A stretch of 64,000 nt of DNA from an uncultured Acidimicrobiales bacterium (GCA_943788915.1 CALSSD010000005.1:310001-374000); one strand, 5' to 3'. Shown: positions 30,489 to 39,642, counted from the first letter of the stretch. Numbers and translations: made by a program. The notes: generated by a model from the letters alone, not told the origin.

Positions 30489-30567
30489 TGCGGGTAGTGC
30501 GGGTAGTGCGCCTTTCAGCTCGTTCCTCGCCGAAAGGCTGTCCGAGCTAAAGCCTCTACGGTCCCGG
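30482..30567 (+). repeat. Single GTAG REP-like element preceded by 9-bp CGGGTAGTG x3
   Basis: GTAGTGCGCCTTTC..GAAAGG CTGTCCGAGCT..TCTACGGTCCCGG matches the 82- and 85-bp repeat family. Confidence 0.8.
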
Positions 30568-30617
30568 CGAGCGGACTCGCCTGCTCGTTGCCCCCCAGAG
30601 CGGCGTCCTGTTTGGAG

Positions 30618-30660
30618 ATAAGGAGCGTGATGCACCATATGTGTGCATCACGCTCCTTAT
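30618..30660. terminator. 18-bp perfect inverted repeat (terminator or REP-like)
   Basis: ATAAGGAGCGTGATGCAC-7nt-GTGCATCACGCTCCTTAT followed by TT. Confidence 0.65.
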
Positions 30661-30760
30661 TTACCTCGCTGAGTCGAGTTGGAACGATACACAAATGTCA
30701 GTTCCGGCGAAGGCCGGAAGTACGCGGTGAGCGAAGCGAACAAGCGAGCGGAAGAAGAGT

Positions 30761-31663
30761 ATGACGAATCCTCAATATGGCATTGCACTGGTCAACGCCG
30801 CCGGCAACGACGTGGTCGGGCGCAAACGCGAAGTCGAACTCGTTGTTGCCGCGCTGGCATCGGCTCGACACATCTTGCTCGAGGGGCCACCGGGTACTGG
30901 CAAGTCCACGTTGCTTCGGGCCGTCGCTCAACACGCTGGTCAGCGACTGGTCTTCGTCGAGGGCAACGCCGAACTGACACCGGCACGCCTGGCTGGCCAC
31001 TTCGACCCTGCCCAAGTGCTTTCACAGGGTTACATCGAAGAGGTGTACATCGACGGGCCGCTCGTCGACGCGCTCCGCCATGGCGGGCTGCTCTATGTCG
31101 AAGAGATCAACCGAGTCCCGGAGGAGACCCTCAACCTGCTGGTCACGGTCATGAGCGAGGCCGAACTCACGGTGCCTCGTCTAGGTACGATTCAGGCACA
31201 TCCGGATTTCCGGCTCGTGGCAGCGATGAATCCGTTCGATGCCGTAGGCACCGCTCGCATCGCCGGAGCGATCTATGACCGGGTGAACCGGGTGTCGGTT
31301 GATTATCAATCCGAGGCCGACGAACAGGCAATCGTCGCTCGAGAAGCTCCGGAAGCGCCACAGACACTCGTCGACCGAGCCGTGCGCTGCGTGCGCACGA
31401 CTCGCGAACACCCCGACATTCGCATCGGTTCATCGGTCCGCGGCGCAATCGACCTCGTCATGCTGGCCGACCAACTCGGCAATCTACGCGGCACCGATTG
31501 CCTCGACAACGAGTGTGGCCTCGATGCCGCCAAGGCTTCGCTGAGCGGCCGCATTCGCATGCACGAATCCAGCGGACGCAGCCCCGAAGATGTCGTAGCC
31601 GAGATCTGGAAGTTGAGCGGCCTCTCCCCCGACGAGCTCGACGACGACTCGGGAAAAGCGTAA
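30761..31663 (+). CDS. MoxR-family AAA+ ATPase
   Basis: Walker A GPPGTGKS, Walker B LYVEEINR, AAMNP sensor, SSVRGA. Confidence 0.92.
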   Translation: MTNPQYGIALVNAAGNDVVGRKREVELVVAALASARHILLEGPPGTGKSTLLRAVAQHAGQRLVFVEGNAELTPARLAGHFDPAQVLSQGYIEEVYIDGPLVDALRHGGLLYVEEINRVPEETLNLLVTVMSEAELTVPRLGTIQAHPDFRLVAAMNPFDAVGTARIAGAIYDRVNRVSVDYQSEADEQAIVAREAPEAPQTLVDRAVRCVRTTREHPDIRIGSSVRGAIDLVMLADQLGNLRGTDCLDNECGLDAAKASLSGRIRMHESSGRSPEDVVAEIWKLSGLSPDELDDDSGKA

Positions 31664-32616
31664 GCCCTGGCGGGGGCGTTCTTGATCCGTCACGAACTCT
31701 CGAGGGTGATGAGGCGCGCACTCAACTCGACGAGGAACAACGCCAGACCACACCTCGTCGCGACCTAGCAAAGAACGAAGGTTTCGAGGAGATGTCTCCC
31801 GAGGTCGGCGAGCTGAATATCGAGTCGACCGAACACATGCTCACGACCGACACCGATATTGCGCTCAGCACGTTGTCAGCCATGGCCTCGGCCACCGACG
31901 AACGGCTCCGAGCCTTGGCCCAGCAGCTGGCCGCTCGGGTGATCGTCGATCTGGCCGCGACCACACCAAGCCATTCTCGGGGAGTGGGTCGCATGCGGTC
32001 CATGCCCATGAGCGACGCCGGCGGCGACATCGATATCGACGGCAGCGCCGAAGCGCTACTCATGGCCACGGCAGCAAACCACCCACCCAATGTCGACGAT
32101 CTGCGCATGCACGCGTGGACACGACCCGACGCCGCGCTCGCGATCTTGATTGATCGCAGTGGATCTATGACTGGCGACCGGCTCGCGATCGCTGCCGTCG
32201 CAGCTGCGGCCGCAGCTCAGCGAACCAAGACCGACTATTGCGTGATTGCCTTCAGCGATAAGGCGATCGTGATCAAGGGCATCGGCCAGGCACGACCGGT
32301 CGAAGACGTGATCAACGACGTGCTCCGGCTCCGCGGCTTCGGTCCCACCGACTTGTCACTCGCCTTCCGCACCGCGCAAAGCCAACTCGCCCGCAGCAAT
32401 GCCAGCCGACAGCGAACCATCATCTTGTCGGACTGTCGGCCCACCGAGGGTGGCCCGCCCGAACGCCAGGCAGCCGCACTTGAACAACTCGCGATCCTGG
32501 CCCCGGCCGACGACTGCGAAGATGCCGAAGCGTTCGCTGCCACAGTCGGCGCCAAGTGGGCCAAGTTGGCCGGACCCTCGGACGTCCCCGCCGCCTTCGC
32601 TCTCATCGCCGACTGA
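31657..32616 (+). CDS. VWA (MIDAS) domain protein in the -1 frame of the MoxR gene; possible frameshift fusion, or independent start at ATG 31792
   Basis: DRSGSM MIDAS, G.TDL, ILSD; frame open from before the MoxR stop; slippery GGGAAAA at 31651-31657. Confidence 0.85.
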   Translation, partial: SVSPGGGVLDPSRTLEGDEARTQLDEEQRQTTPRRDLAKNEGFEEMSPEVGELNIESTEHMLTTDTDIALSTLSAMASATDERLRALAQQLAARVIVDLAATTPSHSRGVGRMRSMPMSDAGGDIDIDGSAEALLMATAANHPPNVDDLRMHAWTRPDAALAILIDRSGSMTGDRLAIAAVAAAAAAQRTKTDYCVIAFSDKAIVIKGIGQARPVEDVINDVLRLRGFGPTDLSLAFRTAQSQLARSNASRQRTIILSDCRPTEGGPPERQAAALEQLAILAPADDCEDAEAFAATVGAKWAKLAGPSDVPAAFALIAD

Positions 32617-32632
32617 GAAGCCCGCAGACCAA

Positions 32633-32683
32633 ACGCTTCTGAACCAAGTAATGCGAGTATTCGCCCAATCGGTTCAGAAACGT
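32633..32683. repeat. Paired inverted repeat element (13-bp arms, 25-nt spacer)
   Basis: ACGCTTCTGAACC-N25-GGTTCAGAAACGT; second copy at 61625-61675. Confidence 0.8.
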
Positions 32684-32706
32684 GCACTTACAAGGCGACG
32701 GGACAA

Positions 32707-34185
32707 TCAGGTGCCGCAGAACGTCTTGAAGCCGCGCTCGAAACCGTCGGGGGCGGGTTGCGCGAAACGGTCGAGACCATCGCGTTCGATGAAGGGATGA
32801 GTCACGACGTCGAGCAGCTCTTCGAACGGCTTCATATCGCCTTGATTGGCGGCGGCCAACGCTTCTTCGACCAGATGATTCCGAGGGATGTACAACGGGT
32901 TCACAGCATCCATAGAGTCCGCCACCAGGGCCAGGTCGACCCCTTGCGCATCTAGTTGTGCCCTCCAGCGAGTCACCCAGTGAGCGGCGATGAGATTGTC
33001 GGCACCGAATACCGACGGAGTGGTGGCGTCACGCAGCATGGCAGCCAGGGCCCGGAACGTACCGGTGTAGTCGAGTTGTGCAGTTTGCATCAGCGACAGC
33101 AGTTCATCGAAGAAGTCGCCGTCGCCAGCTCCCTCGGAAACAATGCCCAACTTGGCTCGCATACCAACGATCCAGTGTGACCGATAACGATCGTCGAACC
33201 CGTTGAGTGCAGACGTGAGCGACTCGGCAGCGACGTCGAAGTCATCGTCGACAAGCGACACCAGCGTCTCGGCAAGTCGGGCCAGGTTCCAGGTGGTGAT
33301 TCGTGGCTGATTGCCATACGCATATCGGCCACCGTGGTCGATCGAACTGAACACGGTCGCGGGGTCGTAACGATCCATGAACGCACATGGCCCATAGTCA
33401 ATCCCTTGGCCAGAGATGGTCACGTTGTCGGTGTTCATCACGCCGTGAACGAAACCGAGCAACATCCACTTGGCAATGAGGGCTGCTTGGTTCTCGAGCA
33501 CGGCCTCGAAGAAGGCCAAATATGGCTGCTCTGTCTCGCGCACGTGGGGGTAGTGCCGGTCTATCGAGTACTCCACGAGCTTCTTGAACGCATCAGCGTC
33601 GCCTGCTCGGGCTGAGTATTCGAACGTGCCAACCCGCAGATGGCTGGACGCGACTCGAGTCAACACCGCACCCGGCTCCATGCCGTTACGTGCGATTTCT
33701 TCGCCGGTGACGGCCACGGCGAGCGCACGGGTCGTGGGAACGCCGAGCGAATGCATCGCCTCTGCGATGACAAACTCGCGCAACATTGGACCGAGTGTGG
33801 CTTTGCCATCGCCGCCTCGAGAGAGTGGCGTGCGACCAGAACCCTTGAGATGAAGGTCTTGGCGCTTCCCATCGACGTCGACGATCTCTCCCAGCAGAAC
33901 CGCGCGCCCGTCGCCCAACCGAGGCGAATACCCACCGAATTGATGCCCCGCGTACACCATCGCCACCGGCGTCGCTCCGTCGGGAAGGGTGTTGCCTGAC
34001 AGGACGGATGCCCCAACTGGCCCGTCGAGATCATCGGAGTCGAGGCCGAGCTCTTGGACCAGGTCACCATTCGTCACGACCAGCGATGGTGCTGGAACCT
34101 CGTCGGGTTGCCAGGCAACCACCAGCTCCTCGAGCTCGCGTGCATAGGTGTTGTCGAAATCGAACAGCGTGCTAACGGCCGTCAT
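32707..34185 (-). CDS. selO: Protein adenylyltransferase SelO (YdiU)
   Basis: YAGHQFG, LGDGRA, LKGSG.TP.SR.GDG, RE, HGVMNTDN, DYGP, NP.YIPRN, C-terminal TFCGT. Confidence 0.95.
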   Translation of the reverse strand: MTAVSTLFDFDNTYARELEELVVAWQPDEVPAPSLVVTNGDLVQELGLDSDDLDGPVGASVLSGNTLPDGATPVAMVYAGHQFGGYSPRLGDGRAVLLGEIVDVDGKRQDLHLKGSGRTPLSRGGDGKATLGPMLREFVIAEAMHSLGVPTTRALAVAVTGEEIARNGMEPGAVLTRVASSHLRVGTFEYSARAGDADAFKKLVEYSIDRHYPHVRETEQPYLAFFEAVLENQAALIAKWMLLGFVHGVMNTDNVTISGQGIDYGPCAFMDRYDPATVFSSIDHGGRYAYGNQPRITTWNLARLAETLVSLVDDDFDVAAESLTSALNGFDDRYRSHWIVGMRAKLGIVSEGAGDGDFFDELLSLMQTAQLDYTGTFRALAAMLRDATTPSVFGADNLIAAHWVTRWRAQLDAQGVDLALVADSMDAVNPLYIPRNHLVEEALAAANQGDMKPFEELLDVVTHPFIERDGLDRFAQPAPDGFERGFKTFCGT

Positions 34186-34595
34186 GGGGTGGACTCCTGA
34201 TCGCTGTCGTGCTCATCAAGGATAAGAGCTGCCGAGTTCATGCAGTACCGCTGACCGCCAGCATCAGAAGGACCGTCGCCGAACACATGACCGAGATGCG
34301 CGTCGCAGCTGGCGCAACGGACCTCGGTCCGCTTGATCAGGAACTTCCGATCGGAGTGCAACGACACCCGACCATCAGCAATTTCGGTGGTGAACGACGG
34401 CCATCCCGTGCCTGAGTCGTACTTGTCGTCGCTGGCAAACAGGTCAAGCTCGCAGACCACACACCGATAGATACCGGGTGTCTTGGTATTCCAGTATTCG
34501 CCCGAGAAAGCTCGTTCGGTGCCGGCCTTCTGGGTGACCTTGTACTGCTCGGGCGTAAGCCGGGCGCGAAGTTCAGTCTTGGTGGGATTCGTCAT
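34182..34595 (-). CDS. msrB: Peptide-methionine (R)-S-oxide reductase
   Basis: GTERAF, CVVC, SGTGWPSF, CASC, HLGHVF.DGP, RYCMNS. Confidence 0.97.
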   Translation of the reverse strand: MTNPTKTELRARLTPEQYKVTQKAGTERAFSGEYWNTKTPGIYRCVVCELDLFASDDKYDSGTGWPSFTTEIADGRVSLHSDRKFLIKRTEVRCASCDAHLGHVFGDGPSDAGGQRYCMNSAALILDEHDSDQESTP

Positions 34596-34703
34596 GACGT
34601 CTCTCCTGTCGGAGTTGCGGAGTGGTCGATCAGGGATTTGATTGGCTCCGATTGCGGTGGCAGACCATGCGATTGGAACCTGACGTGCAACCGAGTGGTG
34701 GTG

Positions 34704-35333
34704 TCAGGAATAGGAGACCTGGCAGAAACCGTGGTTGCAATAACCTCCGGGGTTCTTGGCCAGGTACTGCTGGTGGTAATCCTCGGCGTAGTACCACTCG
34801 CCTTCGGCGGCGATCTCGGTGGTGATCTCGCCGAAGCCGCCTGCTGTCAGCTTGGCCTGGTACTGATCGCGGCTTGCCGATGCGGCAGCTGCCTGTTCCG
34901 GCGAATTCGTGTAGATCGCCGACCGGTATTGGCTGCCAACATCATTGCCTTGGCCCATGAACTGCACCGGATCATGATTTTCCCAGAACACCTTGAACAG
35001 TTGCTCTAGGGTGACCAGGGTGGGGTCAAACACAATGAGCACGGCTTCGGTGTGCCCGGTCATCGACGTGCAGGTCTCTTCGTAGGTCGGGTTCGGCGTT
35101 GTGCCACCCGAGTAACCAGCAGCAGTTGAGTAGACGCCTGGCATCTGCCAGAAGAATCGCTCGGCGCCCCAGAAACAACCCATGCCGACGACCAGTGTGT
35201 CCATGCCATCGGGCCAGGGACCCTGGAGCGGCGTACCCAACACGTGATGGGCGTCTGCGACAGGGATCGCGTTGGCACGACCGGGCATGCAGTCTTCAGG
35301 GGCTGGAGGAGGTGCGGGTTGACGACGGAACAT
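34704..35333 (-). CDS. msrA: Peptide-methionine (S)-S-oxide reductase
   Basis: [29 protein letters not shown]. Confidence 0.97.
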   Translation of the reverse strand: MFRRQPAPPPAPEDCMPGRANAIPVADAHHVLGTPLQGPWPDGMDTLVVGMGCFWGAERFFWQMPGVYSTAAGYSGGTTPNPTYEETCTSMTGHTEAVLIVFDPTLVTLEQLFKVFWENHDPVQFMGQGNDVGSQYRSAIYTNSPEQAAAASASRDQYQAKLTAGGFGEITTEIAAEGEWYYAEDYHQQYLAKNPGGYCNHGFCQVSYS

Positions 35334-35456
35334 TATCTCTCCTAGATAGAGCCTCGACGGGAGGCGGATTCAGAGTCCTCGTTTACCACAGTGCGGTGAA
35401 AGCGAGCTACGAGATCGGCGGCACCGATCGGAAGGGCCGAACGGACGGTGGTGGAC

Positions 35457-35732
35457 ATGACTACTAACGCGTTATTGATAGAGATGCTTCCCTACCCCAC
35501 AGACTTTCGCAGTTGGAAAGGTTTCATGCGAATTGAGCCACCGATTGCGCGAACCATTCCCGACACTCGTCACATTCGCACCTTGGTTGGTGGCACAACT
35601 GGCCTGCCGATCACTGAGTACCACGCCATGTCATCATCGATGCGACCGGCCTACAAGCCACCGCTGTGGCTGGAGGTAGTCAGCGTTGGCCCCGCAAGCT
35701 CCGCCAACGCTGTTTTCCACCCACCACATTGA
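35457..35732 (+). CDS. Possible small hypothetical protein
   Basis: Only sizeable ORF in a 550-bp gap; GGTGG upstream of ATG; downstream hairpin near 35797-35820; no recognisable motif. Confidence 0.3.
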   Translation: MTTNALLIEMLPYPTDFRSWKGFMRIEPPIARTIPDTRHIRTLVGGTTGLPITEYHAMSSSMRPAYKPPLWLEVVSVGPASSANAVFHPPH

Positions 35733-35830
35733 CGGTCCCGGACCGCTTCGCAACCTAGCTACGACGCATGCGATGACCGCCGCAAGCATCTACGATCCCG
35801 TCGCTCTCGATGACGGCGGGTAGGAGTCAC

Positions 35831-35872
35831 GTCATGGAGGGTCAGACCCCTCGTGACGGAGGGTCAGACCCC
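35831..35872. repeat. GGGTC-W-GACCC palindromic REP-like doublet
   Basis: GTCATGGAGGGTCAGACCCCTCGTGAC GGAGGGTCAGACCCC; same family as 22049. Confidence 0.8.
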
Positions 35873-35883
35873 ACGGCGCAGAT

Positions 35884-36522
35884 CTAGGAGAGTTCGACGA
35901 TGCCGTTTGGGGTGTCGATGGTGACAGTGAGGTTTGCCGGGCCAACGATGAATTCGACTGAGTCGCTCAGGCCCAGACCGGTGAGCACTGTTCCAACCCG
36001 TTCATCGGGGTTCGTGACCGAGAGCCTCACAAGTGATCCCATTGATGGCAGCGATGCTGCTGGACTTGGGCCGCCGAGCCAATCGATTGCGAACGGGATA
36101 CCGCCTTCGAGTCGAAACCCGGTGTCGCCGCCAGCCGTCAGTTCCCATTCGAGGAGTACACCGTCGGGTTTCATGCGACTCATTGCCATATGAGTACCGG
36201 GGTCGAAGCCAGCATCACGAACGACTTGAGCGAGACCATCGAGCGTCTCATCGCCAATCGTGTGCACGGCAAACGCCACCAGTTTGGGCCCCTCGAGATC
36301 GTCGAGGCCGAACCCCCGTGCACGTTCAGGTTCCGGTTGATCCGGATCGATACCGATAATCTCAAAGTAGGTGCGATCGTCGAAGGTCAGCAGCGTGTTG
36401 TGCGTTCCCCTGCCGACATGAGGGCCACCAACAACAGCGGTAGCACCGGTGAGGTCGTGGATGATGCGTGTGCCTTCGTCAACATCGGGACATGCAAAGA
36501 CAATGTGATCGAGTTCCGCCAT
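35884..36522 (-). CDS. VOC / glyoxalase-like family protein
   Basis: LDHIV, GG.H...GT.N.L, YFEII..DP, SR..PDG..L.W, PF.IDW. Confidence 0.88.
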   Translation of the reverse strand: MAELDHIVFACPDVDEGTRIIHDLTGATAVVGGPHVGRGTHNTLLTFDDRTYFEIIGIDPDQPEPERARGFGLDDLEGPKLVAFAVHTIGDETLDGLAQVVRDAGFDPGTHMAMSRMKPDGVLLEWELTAGGDTGFRLEGGIPFAIDWLGGPSPAASLPSMGSLVRLSVTNPDERVGTVLTGLGLSDSVEFIVGPANLTVTIDTPNGIVELS

Positions 36523-36570
36523 AGTCGCCTCAGACTAGCGAAGCGGGCCGGGACCACAGAATCTGACAGC

Positions 36571-37104
36571 TCAGCCATCCAACTGCTCGCGGGCGTCCCA
36601 CAGGTGGTGCTCGACATCGTGCAGCATGTAACGAGCTAAGGATTCGACGGTAAAACGGGGACCGTCGCTCCGAAACCCTTCCTTGTCCCACTCGTTGTCG
36701 TCAACCCGATCAAGCAGGTCAGCGAACTTGCCGGCGTTCGATGCCAGGTCATACGCGACCTTGGCTGGATCCTGGCCGGCGTAGTCGCTTTTGACCGCTT
36801 CGACTTCCTGGTTCCAGTCCTTGAACGTCGGGGGTTTGCGTTTCTTCAACATCTGGCGACTGCGCTCTTCAAAGATCTTAAATACGTCACGCACATGGCA
36901 GCCGTACTCAAGAGGCGTCCAGGTGCGGTCATCACCGTCACGAAGGCTCTGGACGCCAGGACCGCGCCCCAGCAACTCACGCCACGCGCCACCAACAGCT
37001 CGAACCCGCGGCCCAAGCTTGTTTCGACTCAGCGCATCAGCTTTGTACCCGCACTCTTCGCATTGACGCTCAAGCACCCATGTCCAATCACCATCTTCAC
37101 CCAT
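36571..37104 (-). CDS. DinB-family protein
   Basis: DWTWVLE..C.ECG, W..LEY.CHVRDV, Y..HD..HH.WD. Confidence 0.85.
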   Translation of the reverse strand: MGEDGDWTWVLERQCEECGYKADALSRNKLGPRVRAVGGAWRELLGRGPGVQSLRDGDDRTWTPLEYGCHVRDVFKIFEERSRQMLKKRKPPTFKDWNQEVEAVKSDYAGQDPAKVAYDLASNAGKFADLLDRVDDNEWDKEGFRSDGPRFTVESLARYMLHDVEHHLWDAREQLDG

Positions 37105-37541
37105 CCGCCCACAGTACGCCCAACGCTCCCGCTTGGCGATTCAAAGTGATAAGGGAGATCGAGCGGGATACGACACAGCCGACACCCCCAGAACCCCAAA
37201 CCCCAAACCCAGAAGGAAGATCGTCGACACGATGAAGACGACAGGGGGAATGCAAAGGCAATGCCTAGAAATTTTCGCACAACTCGGTTGTTATGTCCTC
37301 CCGGATAGCTGCGGCCCTCGAGGCCCTGCTGATCCTTAGGACGTTCGAGACGCAGTGTCTCGACCATTTTCACTTGGTAACGGGCTTCTACCTAGCACCA
37401 TGATTGACAATTGAATTGGGGATTCTGCTCGAAGACTGAGTCGAGCACAGGCCAAACACCAGTGCGTGAACACTTCTGATGAGGCGCTCCCAAAATGCGG
37501 AACGCGACAGACCCCAACTTCACGCTGGCGTTCAACGCTTT

Positions 37542-38048
37542 CTACGCGGGCCGTTCGGTGATGTCGATGATCACGGGCTCGATGGAACCACCGAACTCGA
37601 GAACCCGTCCAACGAGCTCAGCGAGCCCCTCGGGCACCACCTTGTCGTTCGTCTCGTGTAACTCGGCTGGTGTGAACCAGCGCATGTCGACGATCCCTTC
37701 GCCCCGTAGTTCGTGCTCAGCCAAGGCTGGCGCGAGCGCAAATTGGCGACATGGCACCAGATGAATATCTTCCTGCTGCCCGCCGTAACCCGGAGCAATC
37801 CCTGGGCCGCGCTGGGTGCGGCGGCACACGACAGGTCCGATAAACGCCTCGGCTAGGCCGGTCTCCTCGAGGAGTTCTCGTCGGAGCGCCGTCGGAAGAT
37901 CTTCGCCGTCTTCGATACCACCGCCAGGCAAGACCCATCCGGTCCAGCCGTTGCGTTCCAGGAAGAGCTTGACCATGAGGACCCGGTCAGTCGGGTCGAT
38001 CATGAGCGCCCGCACTGCTTGGCGCAGGGGAAGTTCCGAGTCAGTCAT
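37542..38048 (-). CDS. NUDIX hydrolase
   Basis: PGGGIE.GE....AL.RELLEETG Nudix box; ATGA overlap with mftF stop. Confidence 0.9.
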   Translation of the reverse strand: MTDSELPLRQAVRALMIDPTDRVLMVKLFLERNGWTGWVLPGGGIEDGEDLPTALRRELLEETGLAEAFIGPVVCRRTQRGPGIAPGYGGQQEDIHLVPCRQFALAPALAEHELRGEGIVDMRWFTPAELHETNDKVVPEGLAELVGRVLEFGGSIEPVIIDITERPA

Positions 38049-39490
38049 GAGTTGTTGCCAATTCGCACCTTGGGCAGCAAAGCAGCAACTGAGCGAGATC
38101 GCAATACGCCAGCCCAAACTCCGGCGCAGTACGAGCCGTGGTCGAGCGCCCGAAATGCGGTGTGGGTCACCAGATTGTTCGCTGGCCGGGTGCGGAACCA
38201 GTCGATCATTGCGGGGACAACGAGAGCGGCGGCAAGCGCCTGTCGACTCCTGCTTGTCCACACCAACAGGGGTGCCCAGGATCGGGTCGCCGCTGCAGCG
38301 AGACCATGCACGGCATACCCGTGCGTCATGACAGTTAGCCGAGCGGCTTCTTTTACGGGAACGTCGACTTTGCCAATGAGTTTGCGGGTTAACGCCACGA
38401 TGCTGCTGGCTGTGGCCGCAGCAGCAACCAACCGAAGTCGGCGTCCGCCAAAGAGCAGGCCCAGCGTGGTCATGGTGATGTTGGCCGGAAGCTGCAGCGG
38501 CGAGACCTTGTCGCCGTGGCGAGCCGAGAGCTCGGCCGCCGAGGAACCGTAGGAGAATCGCTGACGGGCGAACGCAGCAACTGACGGCCGGTTGCGATGG
38601 TGGGCCACCGCAGCCGGCTCGAACCGGACAAGGTGCCCGTGTTGGATGAGTCGCCACACCATGTCGACGTCTTCGCCGTAACGCATAGCCTCGTCGAAAC
38701 CCCCAGCTTCCTCGAGCATGTTGGTTCGCACGACCAACATTGCCGACGGCACATAGGAGGTGCGGGTGCCGGGGAACACCAGGGCTGCATCACTTCCCAT
38801 ATCGAGTGGCGAATTGTCGGCCTCGTACGCCGCAATCCGGTCGGCGCCAGGCTCAGCCGCTACCCGTGGCGCCACAACAGAAACTGCTGGGTCGACAAAG
38901 TGGGCAAGCAAAGTTTGTATTGCGGCAGCTCTCGGCACGACATCTGCGTCGACAAACACCATCACCTCAGGTCGAAAAGTTACGTCCCCTGGGGAGGTAA
39001 CTTTTGGTTGGAGCACGTTTCGCCAGCCTGTGTTGCGGGCTGCCGCCGGCCCTCGGTTGACGTCGTGATGGACTAAATCCGCGCCATGGGCGGCAACGAT
39101 CGCGGCCACAGAAGAAACGTCAGCGGATGCGTCGTCCACCACGACAATCTGGCTTTCGGGCGAGTACGAACGCAACACTCCCAGTAGCCGATCGAGACCG
39201 TCGGAATCGTTGTGCACCGGCACCACGAACGCTGAGGTCACTTCAGGCGAGTTGGTGGGCACCGGGCTGAATACCGGGTGCACCATTCCACCTCGGATCA
39301 GTCTGTCGCGCAGCTTGGTGGCTTCACTTGAAGCCAGCGTTGCCGTGCCCGTAAGCCAGTCATTCAGCAACTGTGACCCGGCCGCAGACAAACGAATCAG
39401 GCGAAATGGGGAGCCCCCCATTAGTGCGGTACCGTTAGAACTACGTCGAACGTTGGAATCGAGTTCCAATCGCACTTGTTGCATCGACAC
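38045..39490 (-). CDS. mftF: Mycofactocin system glycosyltransferase
   Basis: L.GGSP.RL.RLS, VVDD.S, GPAAARN.G, FVDAD, YE...SPLD.G, SYVPSA, GEDVD..WR, YG.SA. Confidence 0.93.
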   Translation of the reverse strand: MSMQQVRLELDSNVRRSSNGTALMGGSPFRLIRLSAAGSQLLNDWLTGTATLASSEATKLRDRLIRGGMVHPVFSPVPTNSPEVTSAFVVPVHNDSDGLDRLLGVLRSYSPESQIVVVDDASADVSSVAAIVAAHGADLVHHDVNRGPAAARNTGWRNVLQPKVTSPGDVTFRPEVMVFVDADVVPRAAAIQTLLAHFVDPAVSVVAPRVAAEPGADRIAAYEADNSPLDMGSDAALVFPGTRTSYVPSAMLVVRTNMLEEAGGFDEAMRYGEDVDMVWRLIQHGHLVRFEPAAVAHHRNRPSVAAFARQRFSYGSSAAELSARHGDKVSPLQLPANITMTTLGLLFGGRRLRLVAAAATASSIVALTRKLIGKVDVPVKEAARLTVMTHGYAVHGLAAAATRSWAPLLVWTSRSRQALAAALVVPAMIDWFRTRPANNLVTHTAFRALDHGSYCAGVWAGVLRSRSVAALLPKVRIGNNS

Positions 39491-39519
39491 GCAACGTACG
39501 TTAACCCCGGGGGATTCTC

Positions 39520-39627
39520 ATGGAACCAAAGACCGAACCAGAAGTAACCGCTGTCGAAGAAGCGCTCGTAGAAGAAGAACTGCTCGTCGAGGAGATCTCC
39601 ATCGACGGCATGTGCGGCGTCTACTAG
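39520..39627 (+). CDS. mftA: Mycofactocin precursor peptide (35 aa)
   Basis: MEPKTEPEVTAVEEALVEEELLVEEISIDGMCGVY with hallmark IDGMCGVY C-terminus; too short for the ORF track. Confidence 0.98.
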   Translation: MEPKTEPEVTAVEEALVEEELLVEEISIDGMCGVY

Positions 39628-39642
39628 AGCAGCGTTACTGTC

